From NCBI GenBank assembly GCA_020184695.1, contig JAANOX010000193.1, forward strand, positions 1-64,000: a stretch of DNA of 64,000 nucleotides. Reading direction: 5' to 3'. Positions within the stretch are counted from its first letter, which is position 1. Each line of letters starts with the position of its first letter. The position numbers and the translations under genes are program-made. Source of the stretch: Histomonas meleagridis 2922-C6/04-290x. Its lineage: Eukaryota > Protista > Parabasalia. The notes beneath the pieces are model-generated. The model did not search any database. It was not told the origin of the DNA and saw nothing but the letters and a program-made list of their open reading frames with translations. Shown here piece by piece: positions 1-14,098 of the stretch.

Positions 1-1259
1 CGTTAGGAACTATTATAGGAGATAATGAAGAAAGACACTTAAACAACAACCAAAATTTATAATACATAAACTCACAAGATGTATATTCAAAGATATGATA
101 TAAATCCAACAGCAGAAATATCATTAGAAAAAAGGAAAGCATATATTTGTGATTTTCGTAAAAAAGCTCTTGCAGAAACACATTACAATATGATCTTACA
201 TAACAGTCATGCACATAATATTTCAAAAAAAGAAAATATTAAGTCAACCAATTAATGATAGAGAAATTTTTTTTAACAAATGTAAAAAATGGATATTCGC
301 AAATGATTTTCAAGAATCACAACATATAATTAGACTACCAAGGTCAAATAAAAATATAAAAAAAAATATAAACAAATAAGTAATGCATTCGAAAATAAAA
401 TATTACCCCGCATTAAAAAATGTGAAACTAAAGATAAAACAGAAGAAGAATGGATTATATTCCAAGGTTGTGAATGTAAAATTAATTCAATATTAAGAAA
501 AACAACCAGAGAAGCTTTAAAAATTTTAATAAATCATATGTCAGATTTAAATAATAACAAAAATAAAGGTAATAATGATAATATTCGAAATATAAATCTA
601 AGGAGAAAATATATTCAAAAAAATCAATCATCTAAAATAATATCACACATGGAAAAATAATTAAACTTAAAAAACTACAAGAATCAGATACAAGAATTAA
701 TCATATTATTTATATAGTAGAAGCAATTAAAATAGCTTTAAACAAGATTGATAATGAGATATTAATTAATACATTTGGAGATAATAATATTAATAATATT
801 AGGAATATTATAGATGAAGAACCAAATCATTGTGAACAAAGAATTAAATATATGAAAAATACATTAATCAAATATCAAGATGAAATATCGATATAAATAA
901 ATAAAAAATATTGGAGATTTGTATTTTTACGGCAAATAAACGGTCTTCATTCAAAATCAATCAACATATGTTAATAAATTGTTTTGGCGCCAAAGTCATT
1001 CGATATATGAGCAAAGTAGAGAATCAAAGAGCTGCAATAATATCTGAACATCCAAATTTTTTTTCTTTTGATCATCCAAGTTCTTCTTCTTCTTAATATC
1101 AATTAGATTCAAAATTTCTAATTTATGCCGAATATCAAAGATGAATCGTTCTGGGTTTCAGCAATTTTATATTCAATCTATACGTAAATTTCACACAAAC
1201 AAAAAAACTGGTTGTAATTCGAAATTCAAAATTTATATCAAAAATGGTATTATTTACGC

Positions 1260-2300
1260 ATGAATTCTCGAAACATTTATCACAATCATAGCATGAATGG
1301 ATTATATATTGAAAGTCATATTCCACTTATTACAAGTGAAGAAAAAGATATTTTAAGACAAGGTGTATTGAAAGAAATTTATTTCACGAGTTTGAGGAAA
1401 ATGATTAGCGCAAATTTGGTGCAAAAGCAAATGTATATTGTTAGGAGAAATAATAAAAAAGAATATCTATCAAATAAAATTCATAATTTACAACATTATG
1501 TTGAGCAGATTATAGGTAAATTTGATTTTTTTTGGAAATTTGATTCTGACAATAAATTTCATAATCTATTATTAATTAATTTTAGAATTAGATTATGTTC
1601 ATATGCTCAAGATATTATATTGGCAATATAAGAGTATTTTTAGTCAATAGGCTAAAATTTGCCTATTGCTAAAAAAAATATAATTAATAAGATTTTTCCA
1701 TTTTTATCAATAGTTTACTGTAGATTACATATTGAGAGAAATATTCAAAAACAAATTGATGTTGTTAAGTCAGGGAAAGAAATTCTTCAATATTTTTTAA
1801 ACTATGTTCATGTAAAAAATAAATAGGGATCAATATATTCGATATTTGCAAAGTATCAATTGCATTTACTCGAAAACTAATAAGCTTATTACCAATTTAA
1901 TTAATGATATTGATCATTATGATCCAAAAATTTTCAATACCCTGATTCTTAGTGGGCATACGACAACTAATTCAATTGAGGTGCTTTTCGGAAATATTAA
2001 AAAGCAAACAGAACATAAAAGATTATCTTCGGAAGAAATTACATGTTCATCAGTAAAGCAATGCGAATATCTAATCAAACAAATTATATCTTTTGAACAA
2101 TCAAAAATAACTAATATAAATAAAATGATTCAGGTGAATATGCAATTTCATATCTCAACAAAAGATATGAAGTATGTATAAAAATAACCCAAATGTTACA
2201 AAACGAAAATCCTTTAATTCGTCAAAAAGCTCATGAAAAAATTGATATATGCAATTGCATCAAAAATGATCTACCATGTGTACATATTTTATATAAAAGA
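1260..2300 (+). mobile_element. Decayed Mutator-like (MULE) transposase remnant
   Basis: Fragmented ORFs 1260-1631 and 1846-2181, the latter with GHTTTNSIEVLFGNIKK (MULE TTNxxE-type motif). SWIM-like CNCIKNDLPCVH at about 2250-2285. Ends not defined. Confidence 0.6.
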
Positions 2301-2691
2301 ATGATAGATTAAAAGAGATGAAATTCCAGAAAAATATTATTCACATTCATTAACTAATAAAAATTAAACAAAGGCACTTATTGAAAAGGTATATTTACCA
2401 ACAGATGAAAATCGGTTTTATAATAATTTGATGGATCGATTAACTCTATATATTTCAATTGCTACTAAATCGAAGAGAAATAAAGAACAGTTTCATTAAT
2501 TGCCGTACGATAGGGAAAGAAATTTAACGGCCCCTAAATCGTCTAATATGGCCACTTTTTGAGTAGCTTCTATCGTCAAAAGTGGAGTAATTTTTATGTA
2601 GTGTAATTATATGACATAATAACGTGAGAAAATAAATATCGTTAATAAATCTATAGCCAAAGAACGTCCAAAATTACCGTTTAAATGTCTG

Positions 2692-4540
2692 ATGTACTTT
2701 TCACAGCAGGATGAAAAAATACGTATTTTGATACAAAGACATCTAAATGAACCTTCCATCGCAAAACAATTAAACAAACCTCCATCTACAATTAAATCGT
2801 TCGTGAAATCATATTCCATAAAAAAAAAGTTATTTCCGAAAAGAGGAAGAAAATTAGTTGTTTGTAAGGTTTTCAGAAAACCTTAGAGCATCAATTAATA
2901 CTGAATTCAGATCATGATCGATGAAAATCCATTTTTAACATTGAAAGATATAAATCAGAAACAGAAATGATTTCTCAATACATGTATGAAAAAGGTGATT
3001 GTTATATATTCGAAAATAAAAACGTCTACATTGTACATATTTATACTGTTACACACGAAGAGAAAAAGAATTCAATCAAATATTGTGATTCTTTAGTCAT
3101 CGATGGTACATCAATTTTCAATTTTATTGATCGGACAATAATATAACTTTCACTCCAGATAAATAATATGGAATCGATGTCAGGCGGAGTTGCTTTTTCT
3201 TCATCGAAGAATTTTGAATTTTATTTTTAATTGATTTGTATTATATTATCAATAGCACCCAACTTAAAATGCATAATAAGTGATGAAGATCCTGGTATTT
3301 GTTCAGCAATGGATGAATATCCGAATTTATGTCATCTTTCATGCTTAAAACACGAAATTGCCACTGTCCAAAAATTGAATATCGAAAAATCATCGAAATA
3401 ACAACCGATTTTTAATGTTAGTTAATTTATTTTTATTCACGTTATTCTGCTCAGTTAAATCAAGCCTTAAATAATTTTTATGAGGAATTCCCTGAAATTA
3501 TTCACTATTTTGATACCAATATATATCCAATTATATCAAAACTTTTGGTTTCATTAAGACCTAATGTATTTTATTTTAATCATACTTCTTCACAACTTGG
3601 TGAAACATATAATAGTATGATTAAAAGAGATTTGACAAATTCTCTATAGCATCTCTATGAAATCCGTGATCACATATCTATTAAATTATATCAAAAAAAA
3701 AAATTGAAGAAAATATTTGAAGAAACGCTTACTTTTCATCATCCATAAACAGAAGATTATAAACTTGATATTTCTAAAAAATTATGTTCAATCATAGATG
3801 CTGAAATCCAGAATGTATTACAAATTGATATTAACGCATTGATGATCTATATATTGCTATTGGTAACAATTATAATGAATTTAATATAAATTTTCTTGAT
3901 TGTGAATGCCATTATCCTGCACATGCTGGATTACCTTGTTGTCATTTGAATAGCTTAATTTAAAATAACAGGTAATACATTCTTTATTCATTTAATAGAT
4001 TCAAGATCCATAGAAAATTTAGATGAAATGTAAATAGCATAACATGAAATTGAAGAAAAGCCTGAATTTATACAACCCTTAGGAACATACGAAATGCCTG
4101 AAGACGAACATTTTCCAGAATATCCAGAAAGAACAGAAGAATATGAAATATTGAAAGATAAATTTTCTGATTATTTATACGAAGAAAAAGACCATCAGAA
4201 GTTTGGTTCAAAATAAGGAGAAAAGAAAGAAGAGGATTTTTGTGATTTAATCGAATTTATTGATGATGAATTTGATTTTTCGTTTGGATGAAATGACGAA
4301 TCTGCACAAAAAATGCCAAAAAATAAAGTCAATAAATTTATATCAAAAACTAATGAGTATTTCGAAAAAAATTTAATCAATAGGATCACGATATTTAAAT
4401 GTTTTTCATTAAGTTTAAAAGAATCTAAATAAAGAACATGATAAGTATAAACAAAAAACACAATTTGGAGAAGGTAAGATAAAAATAAGAAGGAACGAGG
4501 GAAGACCTATAATGAAAAGATTATCTAAAAATTCACAAAT
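2692..4540 (+). mobile_element. Second decayed Mutator-like transposase
   Basis: N-terminal HTH-like ORF 2692-2886, then fragments LVIDGT, DEDPGICSAMDEYP (about 3281) and YTSSQLGETYNSMIKR. SWIM CECHYPAHAGLPCCH at 3901-3945 and C-terminal GRPIMKR near 4500. Many stops and frameshifts. Confidence 0.65.
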
Positions 4541-4542
4541 TA

Positions 4543-6003
4543 CCCTGGTATTCCTCCAATTGGTGGTATCGAAAAACGTTTAAACTATTAAAAAAAAATA
4601 GTAAACGGTATTATAAATCAGATGTCAAATCCATTGTTCAGAGAAAGACCCCATAATAATTATTCTAATTATACAAAAAGACAAAAGATATCGATGATTT
4701 TGGATCAGATTTCAAGGGGAGTGCCCTCAATTTACAAAATCTCAGCTTCAACCAGAATTCCAGAATCAACATTAAGGAACTGGGAGAGGTGTTTGGTTAA
4801 AAACCCTGAATGGAGGCCATGGCAAACATGCCATGGACAAGGGCACAGAATCTTTACCAATACAGAAGAGAAAGCAATTAAGGATTATATCATTGATTGT
4901 TTCCTGAAACCAGGGTATGTCTTTACCAACGATGATTTTATCGAAATGCTAATGAATGCTTATTTGACCAAGTATCAAGACGAAATTAACATCGATGAAA
5001 AAAAACAATTCATGGCATCGTCACATTTAATCACTGACTTTAAGAAACGAAATCACATCTCATCAAGGTCCCTCCATGCGAAGCGAAGGCCAATAGTCTC
5101 ACAAGATAGTATAAATACATTTGTCGTAAAAATCAGGCAACTTCTGTCAACTGTTGACCACGGAAGGATCATTAACTGTGACGAAACAAGTTGGAGAGCA
5201 TTCCCAAATAAGATTCTTACATGGGCAGAGACGGATCAGATTCGATCAATATCAATGTTATGTCAAATGAAAAGTAATTTTTGACTGTCATAGCGAGCAT
5301 TAAAGCCGATGGTACCAAAATTCCTCTTTATTTTATAGCCAAGGGCAAAACGCAGGCTTGTGAAGCATCCCAAATTGGTAATGTTTCACCTCACATGTCA
5401 GCTCATTCGGAAAACGGTTGGACAACCGCTGATACATTCTCTGAATATCTCATCTTCCTTCGTCAGCATTTCAACGATGATGATGAAATTCATTTGATTT
5501 TGGATTTACACAAAGCTCATATTTGTGAAACAGTTCGAAATTTAGCAAATGCGCTTAAGATCAAATTATATTATATCCCTCCTGGGATGACTGATATGTT
5601 CCAACCCTTGGATAAAAGGGTCTTTGGCAGCTTAAAGGTAACGGCAAAGTATCTATTTCGAAAACGTTACAACGAGGATCGAAATGTAAAATCTACAAAA
5701 TCAATTGCAGCACAACATTTGATCTGGGCTTGGGAACATCTCCAGAGCCATGTTATCCAGGATTCTTGGTCATTATGCTTTCCAGATCAGTAAACACCTA
5801 AATCTTTAAAATATTTAAAAAATTGATAAATAAATTCATCATATAAATATCATTTTAGCTTCTTATCATTAAGCACATGGACCCGACTTTACACAAAATC
5901 ATGTAAACCAGTTTATATTTATCTTTTGAAGTTTTCTTCCTTTTTATTTGAAATGACATCTCCTTAACGGTCACCTATACCACCAATTGGAGGAATACCA
6001 GGG
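4543..6003 (+). mobile_element. pogo/Tigger-like (DDE_1) DNA transposon with both ends, disrupted transposase
   Basis: Perfect 27-bp TIRs CCCTGGTATTCCTCCAATTGGTGGTAT (4543-4569 / 5977-6003) flanked by TA at 4541-42 and 6004-05. Transposase 4622-5793 has INCDET, LILDLHKAH and FQPLD, and is split by a frameshift near 5230 plus an in-frame TAA just before LTVIAS. Confidence 0.92.
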
Positions 6004-6719
6004 TATATAAAACCATAAAACAAATAAGTTCTTACTGTAATCCATGAGTTTCTTGTTATTTTTTTATTCAATTTTTGATCGAATAATAACAAAGAATCAC
6101 ACAAAATCTTGTAATTTTTTTTTTGTGATTTATCAACACATAATGAAATTTCATAGTGCATTTTACTAAAATATGAAAAAAAACTCATATTTTTACATTT
6201 GTTGATGCAAGTTTTTTTGAGATTAATTTTTAGATAGGAATATTCAAAAGTGCATATTGGATTCAAAAAGATACTTGGAAGCAATTATATTATATTAACT
6301 TAATTAAGCAATTTTTCAACCCCTGTAAAGTGAGGTGCATAATTTAATTTTCTATACCGTATATATTGTAATATCTTAGTCTTAATTTTCGAGTTAAAAT
6401 AAAAGTTTGAAAATTTACCATAAATAGCATGGGTGTGGGGATCAATTTGTTAATTTTGAATTCGGTTTAATCGTATTTTTGAGTTTTCGTATTACCGATG
6501 TATTCAATTTTTACTTATTTTTCAAAAATTATAAAAAATGCAATTAAAAACATCATGAATTTTCACAGTGTGTATTCGAAAATTGAACATATGCGGACAT
6601 GTCCCTGGGGTACATTTGATTATATATTTATTTTCATTTTATTAATACTGAGGGGGCAAAAAGTAATGAGTACTTACCCTAATTTTGATGAATAAAAAAT
6701 AAAAATTATTTTTGTTTAT

Positions 6720-7833
6720 TTATATGGATAGTATTCCCCTTCGTGTTCAATAATCCATATACAACTTTTTTCTTATTCCCTATAGACCGCTTGAATTTTT
6801 TTTAAAGAGATCCCATTTCATATGTCAATTAAATTATACACAAGCATCTCAGAATCCGTTATTTCCACATCCTCTAAGAGTTTTTAGATTTTCCAAAATA
6901 CCAGAAAAGACAATGACTCATGTTTGGACTATATAGTCGGTGTGGAATTCGATTAATTTTTGTTATTGGCCAGAAATTGAGTTACTTTTGATCCATTGTG
7001 GCATTTTGAATTGTTCATATGAATTCTAAAATTTAGACATTTTTCTTTTCGCAGAAATCTCTTATTTGCATTGGATATCATGTTTCCTATATCATTAATA
7101 GAATAATCTTGAGTGGACCTTCTTCCTTTTGGTAGGCCGTCAATAGCAATTAAATTTGTACCTGTAAAAAAAATTGTGATCAAAGTTTTTTATGATGAAA
7201 TTGTCTGACGAATTCTCAAATCCACTTTTTCTCGAGATTGTGCAAACATTGAACTTGACTGATTTAACCATATATACCAGGATTCATCTCCTGTACATAT
7301 ATGTTCATAATTATGTTGTGCATCATTCCTAAGTTCTTCTAGACTCATTTGCACATTCGACGCAACACTTTTTGTTTTCATCTGACAATTCATACGGCAC
7401 CCACTTCTCTAGACAATATTTTCTCATCTGCAGACATTTTTGAAGAATTTCTTTCACATTGTGATGTGAGATGTCGAAGTACTGTACTATTTTTTTGGCA
7501 GAAGAATATGGAAACTTTTGAAAGTAATTTGAAATTAAAGGTGCAAGATCCGAAGAAGGTCATCCCGCACGTTTGTCATCCATACATGGAAAAATTACCA
7601 TTTTTTTTGAACCTTTGAAGCCATATTTTGATCTGGTATTTTGAATAGGCTTCTTTGCCACATATCAAAGATAAATTTTCATATATTTTTCTATTGCTTT
7701 GTCCTAAGAGAAAGCAATATTTGATGATAATTCGCTGTTCCCACTTTTCGATCGGATACATGAAATGTGACATTCTAACTTTTTTTTGACATATTTGATG
7801 AATATGTGGCTTCAATTTATTACATTTTATCAT
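6720..7833 (-). mobile_element. Decayed mariner (DD34D-type) transposase
   Basis: Minus-strand fragments: HTH region 7576-7833, ICTGDESW (7190-7393), IHMNNSKCH (6953-7183) and C-terminal IIEHEGEYYP near 6725-6760. A TIR-like sequence lies at about 6645-6680, but no partner was found. Confidence 0.8.
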
Positions 7834-7999
7834 TAGATCGTTCTAATTCCATAAGCGCGGAGTTTTTTATTTTTTTCAATGAATGATTTCAGCTTGAAAA
7901 GCGCAATGGTATATATTTTAAAGAAATTAAGAAGCGCAACAAATAACTTTATTAGAATCAGGTTACCGAGAGAAACATAATGGTGTTTTCAATGAAGAC

Positions 8000-8026
8000 A
8001 AAAAAAAAAAAAAAAAAAAAAAAAAA
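8000..8026. repeat. Poly-A tract (27 nt)
   Basis: Direct count. Confidence 0.95.
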
Positions 8027-10004
8027 TGATTCTGCCTGCGCTCCATGAATCATGAAAAACTCCAAGCATTCCATTCTGTTTTTGGAAAAGCAAAAGTGTA
8101 GAACAATTATGTTGTTTTAAAAGTCATAGAATGTAAAAAACATATAGATAAGTGATGGAATCATTAGCTCTAAATAAAAATGATATAGCTAGTGATTTTT
8201 TTTCTTCTCTTTTTTTTTAGGCCAGGCTAAATTTTTTCATACGGTATCTCAAAAAGAAAAAGTGAAGAACAACTCAACGAATGAAACAAAATGTAATATA
8301 AGAAAAATGGTATTAAGAATATGATAAATTTTGAATCCCATACATTTCTCATACCAGATTTTTTTTAATAAAAAAAAATCTGATCATAATTATTATAGAA
8401 TGAAGAGCAACAACATACAAGTAAGGATGATAGATTATTTATTTTTACATTGTATGAACTCAAAGAAGGGAAAACCGCATCACTGAAAAGAGCTTCAGGA
8501 GAGGAGCAAAACCATATAAGTTGCGACGATTTTTCTGAAAATCTCCGAATATATCAGATAATCATCTCATAAAATGCTTCAAAATTTAAAATAGAGGGCA
8601 CCACAAGACTCAGAGCTCGGAGCGGAGCACAGTAATAACTTCTTTGGAGGAGAAATAACATTTTTTGAGTCCAGCCATCCTGGATCAGACGCAGAAGAAA
8701 GTTCCACGGAGCACACAACAAGTAGCATATAAATGACTTATACAAGCCCAGAACCCTTTAGAGAGAATATAAATTCAAATTTAAATTCAGAAGAACAAAT
8801 CAGATTTCTGTCATATCGAACACCAAATTCTCTAATACCTCCACAACCAATACCTGTTCCATATCTTGAACAGAACAATATGAGACAACAAACTAGGAAC
8901 ACTAATGAACAAGAATTAATAGCCGATGATGAAGAAGATAAAATTTATATAAACTAGCAACATACACAGGTGATTAAAGCAATCTCATGATAAATGTAAT
9001 TAGATTTACATCCTATAATTTACCCAAAAGGTCACAAGAAAATATGCGCGAAGATCTATTATTTGGAAATCAGATTTCTATCAGATCAAACAACAAGTTA
9101 CCAAACATCCAACCAACCTACACTCATAATACCCCATGAGATAAACAATACAAGATATCCAATGAAGATCGTATATGAGATATAATAATATTAATATTGT
9201 TAACTTACTTAATATAAAAAATGACGAGATAAAATAAGGGGAAGACCAGGAATAATCTATAATGAAATTATTCTCATTAACGTTTGCCATGATAGATCTT
9301 TTTCAAAACTATACATCACGACACTCAAGGCTCAAGAGGAGCATAATGATCCTCTTTTTTGAAATAAAATAGCATTTTCAGAGGGGGTGACTATCGACTT
9401 TGAATTGAGAACGATGATTCTCACTTCTAATATATATGTCAATTTCATTGATATATTTGACATTTTTTTTCTGATGTTTCCTATTCATCAGCAAAAAAAC
9501 AAGATTCTAAACATATACAAATCTCAAATCGAGCATTTAGAAATCAAAGTTCGTCAGTTAGAATAAGAAACGATTCATGAAAGAAAAGATAATTCTGATT
9601 TGAATATAATCATTCAAAATCTAAAATACGAAAATTTGGGTTTATTAAGAAATATTATTTCATTGGAAAATAAAAATCAGAATATTATCAATAATTACTG
9701 TTTATAAATGGAAAATAACTATTTGAAAATCGAAAAAAGTCAGTATTGTGAAAGTCTACAATGCATTCAAATTGAAAACACAAAACTTATCAGAATTCAA
9801 AGGGATTTAAAAGATTATAAAGGCAATTACAGGAAATATACACAATTATTAGTTATGTGGGAAGTAGTTGGTATTCAATTTCGAAACAAATATTTGACTT
9901 ACCTGAATATCGTACGGTTCAAGGCTACAGAAAAAAACATTTACAAATATTTGGATTATCATCAAGAGATATTTTTGATGGGAAAAAATCTCATATGGTT
10001 AAGT

Positions 10005-10985
10005 TATTGGGTGTCCGGATAAATTTTAGTATCTTAATATCAGAAAATGCTACAAACAAAATTTCTATAGTAAAGTGAACTTTACTCAATGTAATCACCC
10101 CCATTATCAATACAGGCTTGGAGTCTCCTTTCCCATTCTCTAAAGAAGGATTCAAGTTCATCTATTGTGATCTTCTCCAATATTGACTTAATTGCCTCAA
10201 AAAGTTCATCTTCTGAGACGAACCCTGAACCTTTTAATTCATTTTTAATCTTACCAAAAGGATAAAAGTCTGATGGTGTTAAATCTTGCGAAAATGCTGG
10301 ATGAGGGCATAAAAATAACCCATTTTTGGTGGCAAACTTCTTGATTTCATTTGACCGATGAGGTGTCGCATTGTCCATATGCACCACAACTTTTCTTTTC
10401 GGCCGCCTTTCCTTTTGCTGAGGCATTGTTTTCACAATTTTATTTAGGATAGATTCAGTAAAGTAAGAGCTATTAAATTTATTACCATAAGGTAACATTT
10501 CAACTATTCTAAATCCCAAAGGAGACCAAAAAACCGTTAGCATTCTTTTTGGTGTTGAAATAATTCTTCTGATTCTTGTAAAAGGTTTTTGATCAGGCTG
10601 GAGCCATTGAATTTCAAAATCTTCTGTAAAATAAAACCAGCTCTCATCACCTGTTAGAAAGGACTCTCAAAGATTGGTGACGTGCCTGTTGAATAATTTT
10701 CAAAAATTGTTTTGACTATTCAATACGTTGTAATTTTTGTTTATAAGAGAGTGTGTGGGGAACGAACCTTAAATGCTTCACAAAAAATCCCATTTTGCGG
10801 AGATGATCATGGATTGTACTTTTTAAGATTTTTAAAGTTGTGCTCAATGTTCTGACGATGTGAAATGGCATTTGTTCTAATTGATCACAAATTAAAGGGT
10901 CAATAAAATTATTTGTAGATAAACCGCTGCCAGTTTTTTTTACCAGAATGTTTTGGCCTAATTACAATTTTCTACACCAATCTGT
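10005..10985 (-). mobile_element. 5'-truncated mariner transposon
   Basis: ORF 10082-10543 with VHMDNATPH, HPAFSQDLTPSDF and CIDNGGDYIE. LTGDESW fragment near 10640-10660. TIR-like TATTGGGTGTCCGGATAAATT at about 10005. No matching right TIR. Confidence 0.85.
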
Positions 10986-11255
10986 TATCGTGCTATAGTG
11001 AACATTAACTTCATAGAAGTTTTCACAACATTTAATCAAAATCATCCGACAAATATCAATGAGGTCAAGTTTTTTTGTGCTGAGTACTGAAATAATGATT
11101 TAACATACGAAACAATTAATAAACTCTGTGAAGGTTTTAAGCTCAGAATCAATGAAATACTATATGGAGATGGAAGTAATATAAACGATTTCATCCGTAA
11201 TCATTTTAATAACAATACAAATGATTTAACAATTATTCCGCCAAGACCAGATGAT

Positions 11256-11412
11256 TTGATATTGTATCAGAACATAGTTTCATATAAAGATCCTTCTCTT
11301 GATGATCCGCCTGATTTTCATCCAGGTATGAGAGCTGTATTAGAAAATCATTGTTCTCCGACCAAAAATGTTCCATGGACACAGGAAGAAGATGAAAAGT
11401 TAATATTATTAA
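11256..11412 (+). pseudogene. Myb-like gene remnant truncated at the viral junction
   Basis: KNVPWTQEEDEKLILL matches Myb helix 1 (WTxEEDxxL). The rest of the repeat is missing and viral-type sequence follows. Confidence 0.5.
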
Positions 11413-11421
11413 TGATTATGA

Positions 11422-11613
11422 AAAGTCAAATCTATTTATTTTAGTAATGTTGGCTTATTTAAGGGCTTTATTAAAGAGAATTATCAATTAGTTGGAAATT
11501 GGGTCATTGTTCTTCCTCTTGTTTCAATTGGTGCCATACAATATGATCGCCGCCGTAAGGATGTTCCCTCTTATCTAATTCACCCACAATTGATAAATTT
11601 CCCACAACATTAA
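11422..11613 (+). pseudogene. 5'-truncated putative viral ORF0 (63 aa, no start codon)
   Basis: Manual translation gives KVKSIYFSNVGLFKGFIKENYQLVGNWVIVLPLVSIGAIQYDRRRKDVPSYLIHPQLINFPQH*. It ends 10 nt before the capsid ORF and shares its T-ending codon style. Confidence 0.5.
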
Positions 11614-11623
11614 ATTTTTTATT

Positions 11624-12151
11624 GTGATGCCTCGTAGGTTACGTAAACGAAGTTATTCACGTGGACGTCCATTGAAGACTGTTAAGTATTCTAATGAGAC
11701 ATATAATAGTTCTGGTCCTGTTAGTTTTTTTAATGTAGGTATTCCTGGTGAGCCAGGATCATCTGGTGATCATATAGCAGCTACCTTGATTAGTGCCGTT
11801 GCATCTCAAAATATGCGTAAAGTAAAGAATTTTTCTTTAAAGATGATTACAGATATTTCAGTTCCCTTACTTTGGGCCTTGGTATATGTACCTGACGGTA
11901 CTGCTATTCAAAACATTAGTTTAGGTACTCCTTCTGCCCCTGTTTCATTATATGAACCCAATCAAAATGTTATAATGTCAGGGTACGTTACTCCTAATGC
12001 ACAACAAACTCAAGTATTCCGTACTAGATTAGCACGTAATTAGAATTCAGGTGATAGTATTGCATTAGTACTTCGATTAGCAATACACGGTACTGTTATT
12101 GATCAAAAGTTCTTGAGTGTTCAGTTAAATTATGCGATTACATATTTATAA
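11624..12151 (+). pseudogene. Endogenous viral capsid gene, kirkovirus/Po-Circo-like small capsid type, one premature stop
   Basis: Arg-rich N-arm MPRRLRKRSYSRGR, then VKYSNET, RKVKNFSL, WALVYVPDG, SLYEPNQNVIMSG and TRLARN*NSGDSI...LNYAITYL*. The frame continues 35 codons past TAG 12041-43 to TAA 12149-51. I recall these motifs from kirkovirus-like CRESS capsids; this needs HMM confirmation. Confidence 0.8.
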
Positions 12152-12176
12152 AAAATTTTGTCCCATTTTTATTTTT

Positions 12177-14098
12177 ATGTTTGATCCCCATTGTATTGGA
12201 CCTGTTAGTGAATTTTATTATTCACGCAATAAGGGACGAGTCTTACAACGTAAGTTAGTTGGCCCTATTAATTCCCCATTTACTAAATATGATTTAGATC
12301 GTGCATATGAAGTATTAAGGAATAATGTAAGTTTTCCTGATTATACTTCAAAATCATTTAGTATTTCTTATCCTGGACAGAATAGTACTACCCGTCTAGC
12401 ATTGAAAAGAGGTTCTACTATTAATGTTAATATACCAATTTATTTCATTGCGATTTCAGGTAATTCTACTATTGTTTCTTTGACACAGTTTTTATTGAAT
12501 ACCTCTACTTCATTATAGAATATTCGGTTATTTCGCGCAATTTTTATGAATATGAGATTTTAATTAAAATTAGTGATTTTTTATTAATCACTGATGGAAT
12601 AGGATCCATCATGTTCGAAAACCCATTTGCAACGATTTGCCCATTCATCAAACTTTAACTTTCATTTCGTGTGGAATGACTTGAACAATTTCATTGATTG
12701 CTTCATAAAGTTCAAATCTTGTCTTAAATCTTTGACCTCTGAGTTTTTCTTTCACGTAGCCAAAAAGAAAGAAATCAGATGGTGCAACATCAGGTGAAAA
12801 CGGGGGATGAGGTGCTCTCTTGAAGCAGGTATTTTGGATTTTTTCTTTGGTCATGTTTGAGTTGTGCACACTTGCATTGTCAATATGCAACCATATCTTT
12901 TTGAGGCCGGAATTAGGCCAAATATTGTCTTTTTGTTCATGCAATGGAATTATAATATTATTAATTAAATAAATTCTATCCATTGTTGTGTTTTTTGGAA
13001 GTTCATTTATTATATATATTCCCCAAACTCCCCAAACAATTGTAATCATCATTTTTTCACGACAAATGAGTCCGGACTCAAAAAGTGGATGAGTTTCACT
13101 ATCTATTGTCCATGCTCCTCTTGGTGCATAATTATAAAGGAACCATGACTCATCCCCAGTTATCAAATCACGATAATAATCCTTCTTACTCTAAATGATA
13201 ACTTGATAAAGCTCTTGGCATAAACGGATCCTTTTCACTTTCTGATCGTCAGATAAAATGTGCGGAACCCACTTTGTATAACGAAATACTAAACCAAAAT
13301 AATCTGTCATATAATTATAGACAGTAGAAATTGGGACATTTAGAGTGTGCGCAATGCTTCGGACAGAAGAAAATTGATTTTTTTGGTATTCTGCTTGAAT
13401 ACGGAACAAAAGTTGTTCATCTATAGGTCTACCAGGTCTATATGGTTTCTCATCAACTCTAAAATTTAATTTGACCATTCTGATCCATTTATACATTGCT
13501 GAGTCCTTTAACGCACTTTCGCCGAACTTCTTGTTTAATTTTTTTCTTATTTTCTTTGTAGGAAGCCCTTTTTTAACAAGTTCTTCAATGAAGAGAAGCT
13601 GTTCCATATGCTTAACGTACAATTTTTAACATACAAAAAAATATTGTTATGGTTAAATTTCGATTTCTTAATGGATAATTTCAACATTAACCATATCAGT
13701 AAAAAGCTATTTAAAAATACTTTTAAATTTTAAATAGTGTTTAGTGATTTAATATCTATATATTTTTTTTGCACGAATTAACCGAACACCCTATACCTAT
13801 TATAGATAGTACTCATTATTATGCATTTATTGTTATTGAACCCAATTCTCCCTATTCTAATTATACAGAAATAACTGTCAATTTTCTACATCAATCTTCA
13901 CTTTCAAGATCAAGTACTTTTAATTATTATTTATATTATTTTGGCACTACAAAACCTTCAAATGATAAATGTAATATTGGATTTTTAACATCAACTAATT
14001 ATGTTATATTTTATATCGAAGAAACCAATTTTGAAGTAACAGCACCAAGTACGTTAATTGTTTTTAATACACATTATTCATTTAATTTACCATTGTAA
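12177..14098 (+). pseudogene. Viral ORF2 (213 aa reconstructed) interrupted by a mariner
   Basis: 12177-12515 (MFDPHCIGPVSEFYY...TSTSL) joins in frame to 13796-14098 (PIIDSTHYY...FNLPL*) when 12516-13795 is deleted. Confidence 0.75.
12516..13793 (-). mobile_element. Full-length (1278 bp) decayed mariner transposon
   Basis: Imperfect TIRs TAGAATATTCGGTTATTTCGCGCAA (12516) and the reverse complement of TAGGGTGTTCGGTTAATTCGTGCAA (ending 13793). TA duplication at 12514-15 and 13794-95. Transposase 13622 to about 12584 with ITGDESW, HIDNASVH and HPPFSPDVAPSDF; one stop and a frameshift near 12650. Confidence 0.92.

Noticed and set aside
1-900. Possible non-LTR retrotransposon remnant (and similar debris at 8400-9300)
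   Set aside because: Coding-like fragments only; no RT (YADD) or endonuclease motif could be read.
8000-8026. Poly-A as a retroposed-element tail
   Set aside because: No target-site duplication or recognisable element upstream.
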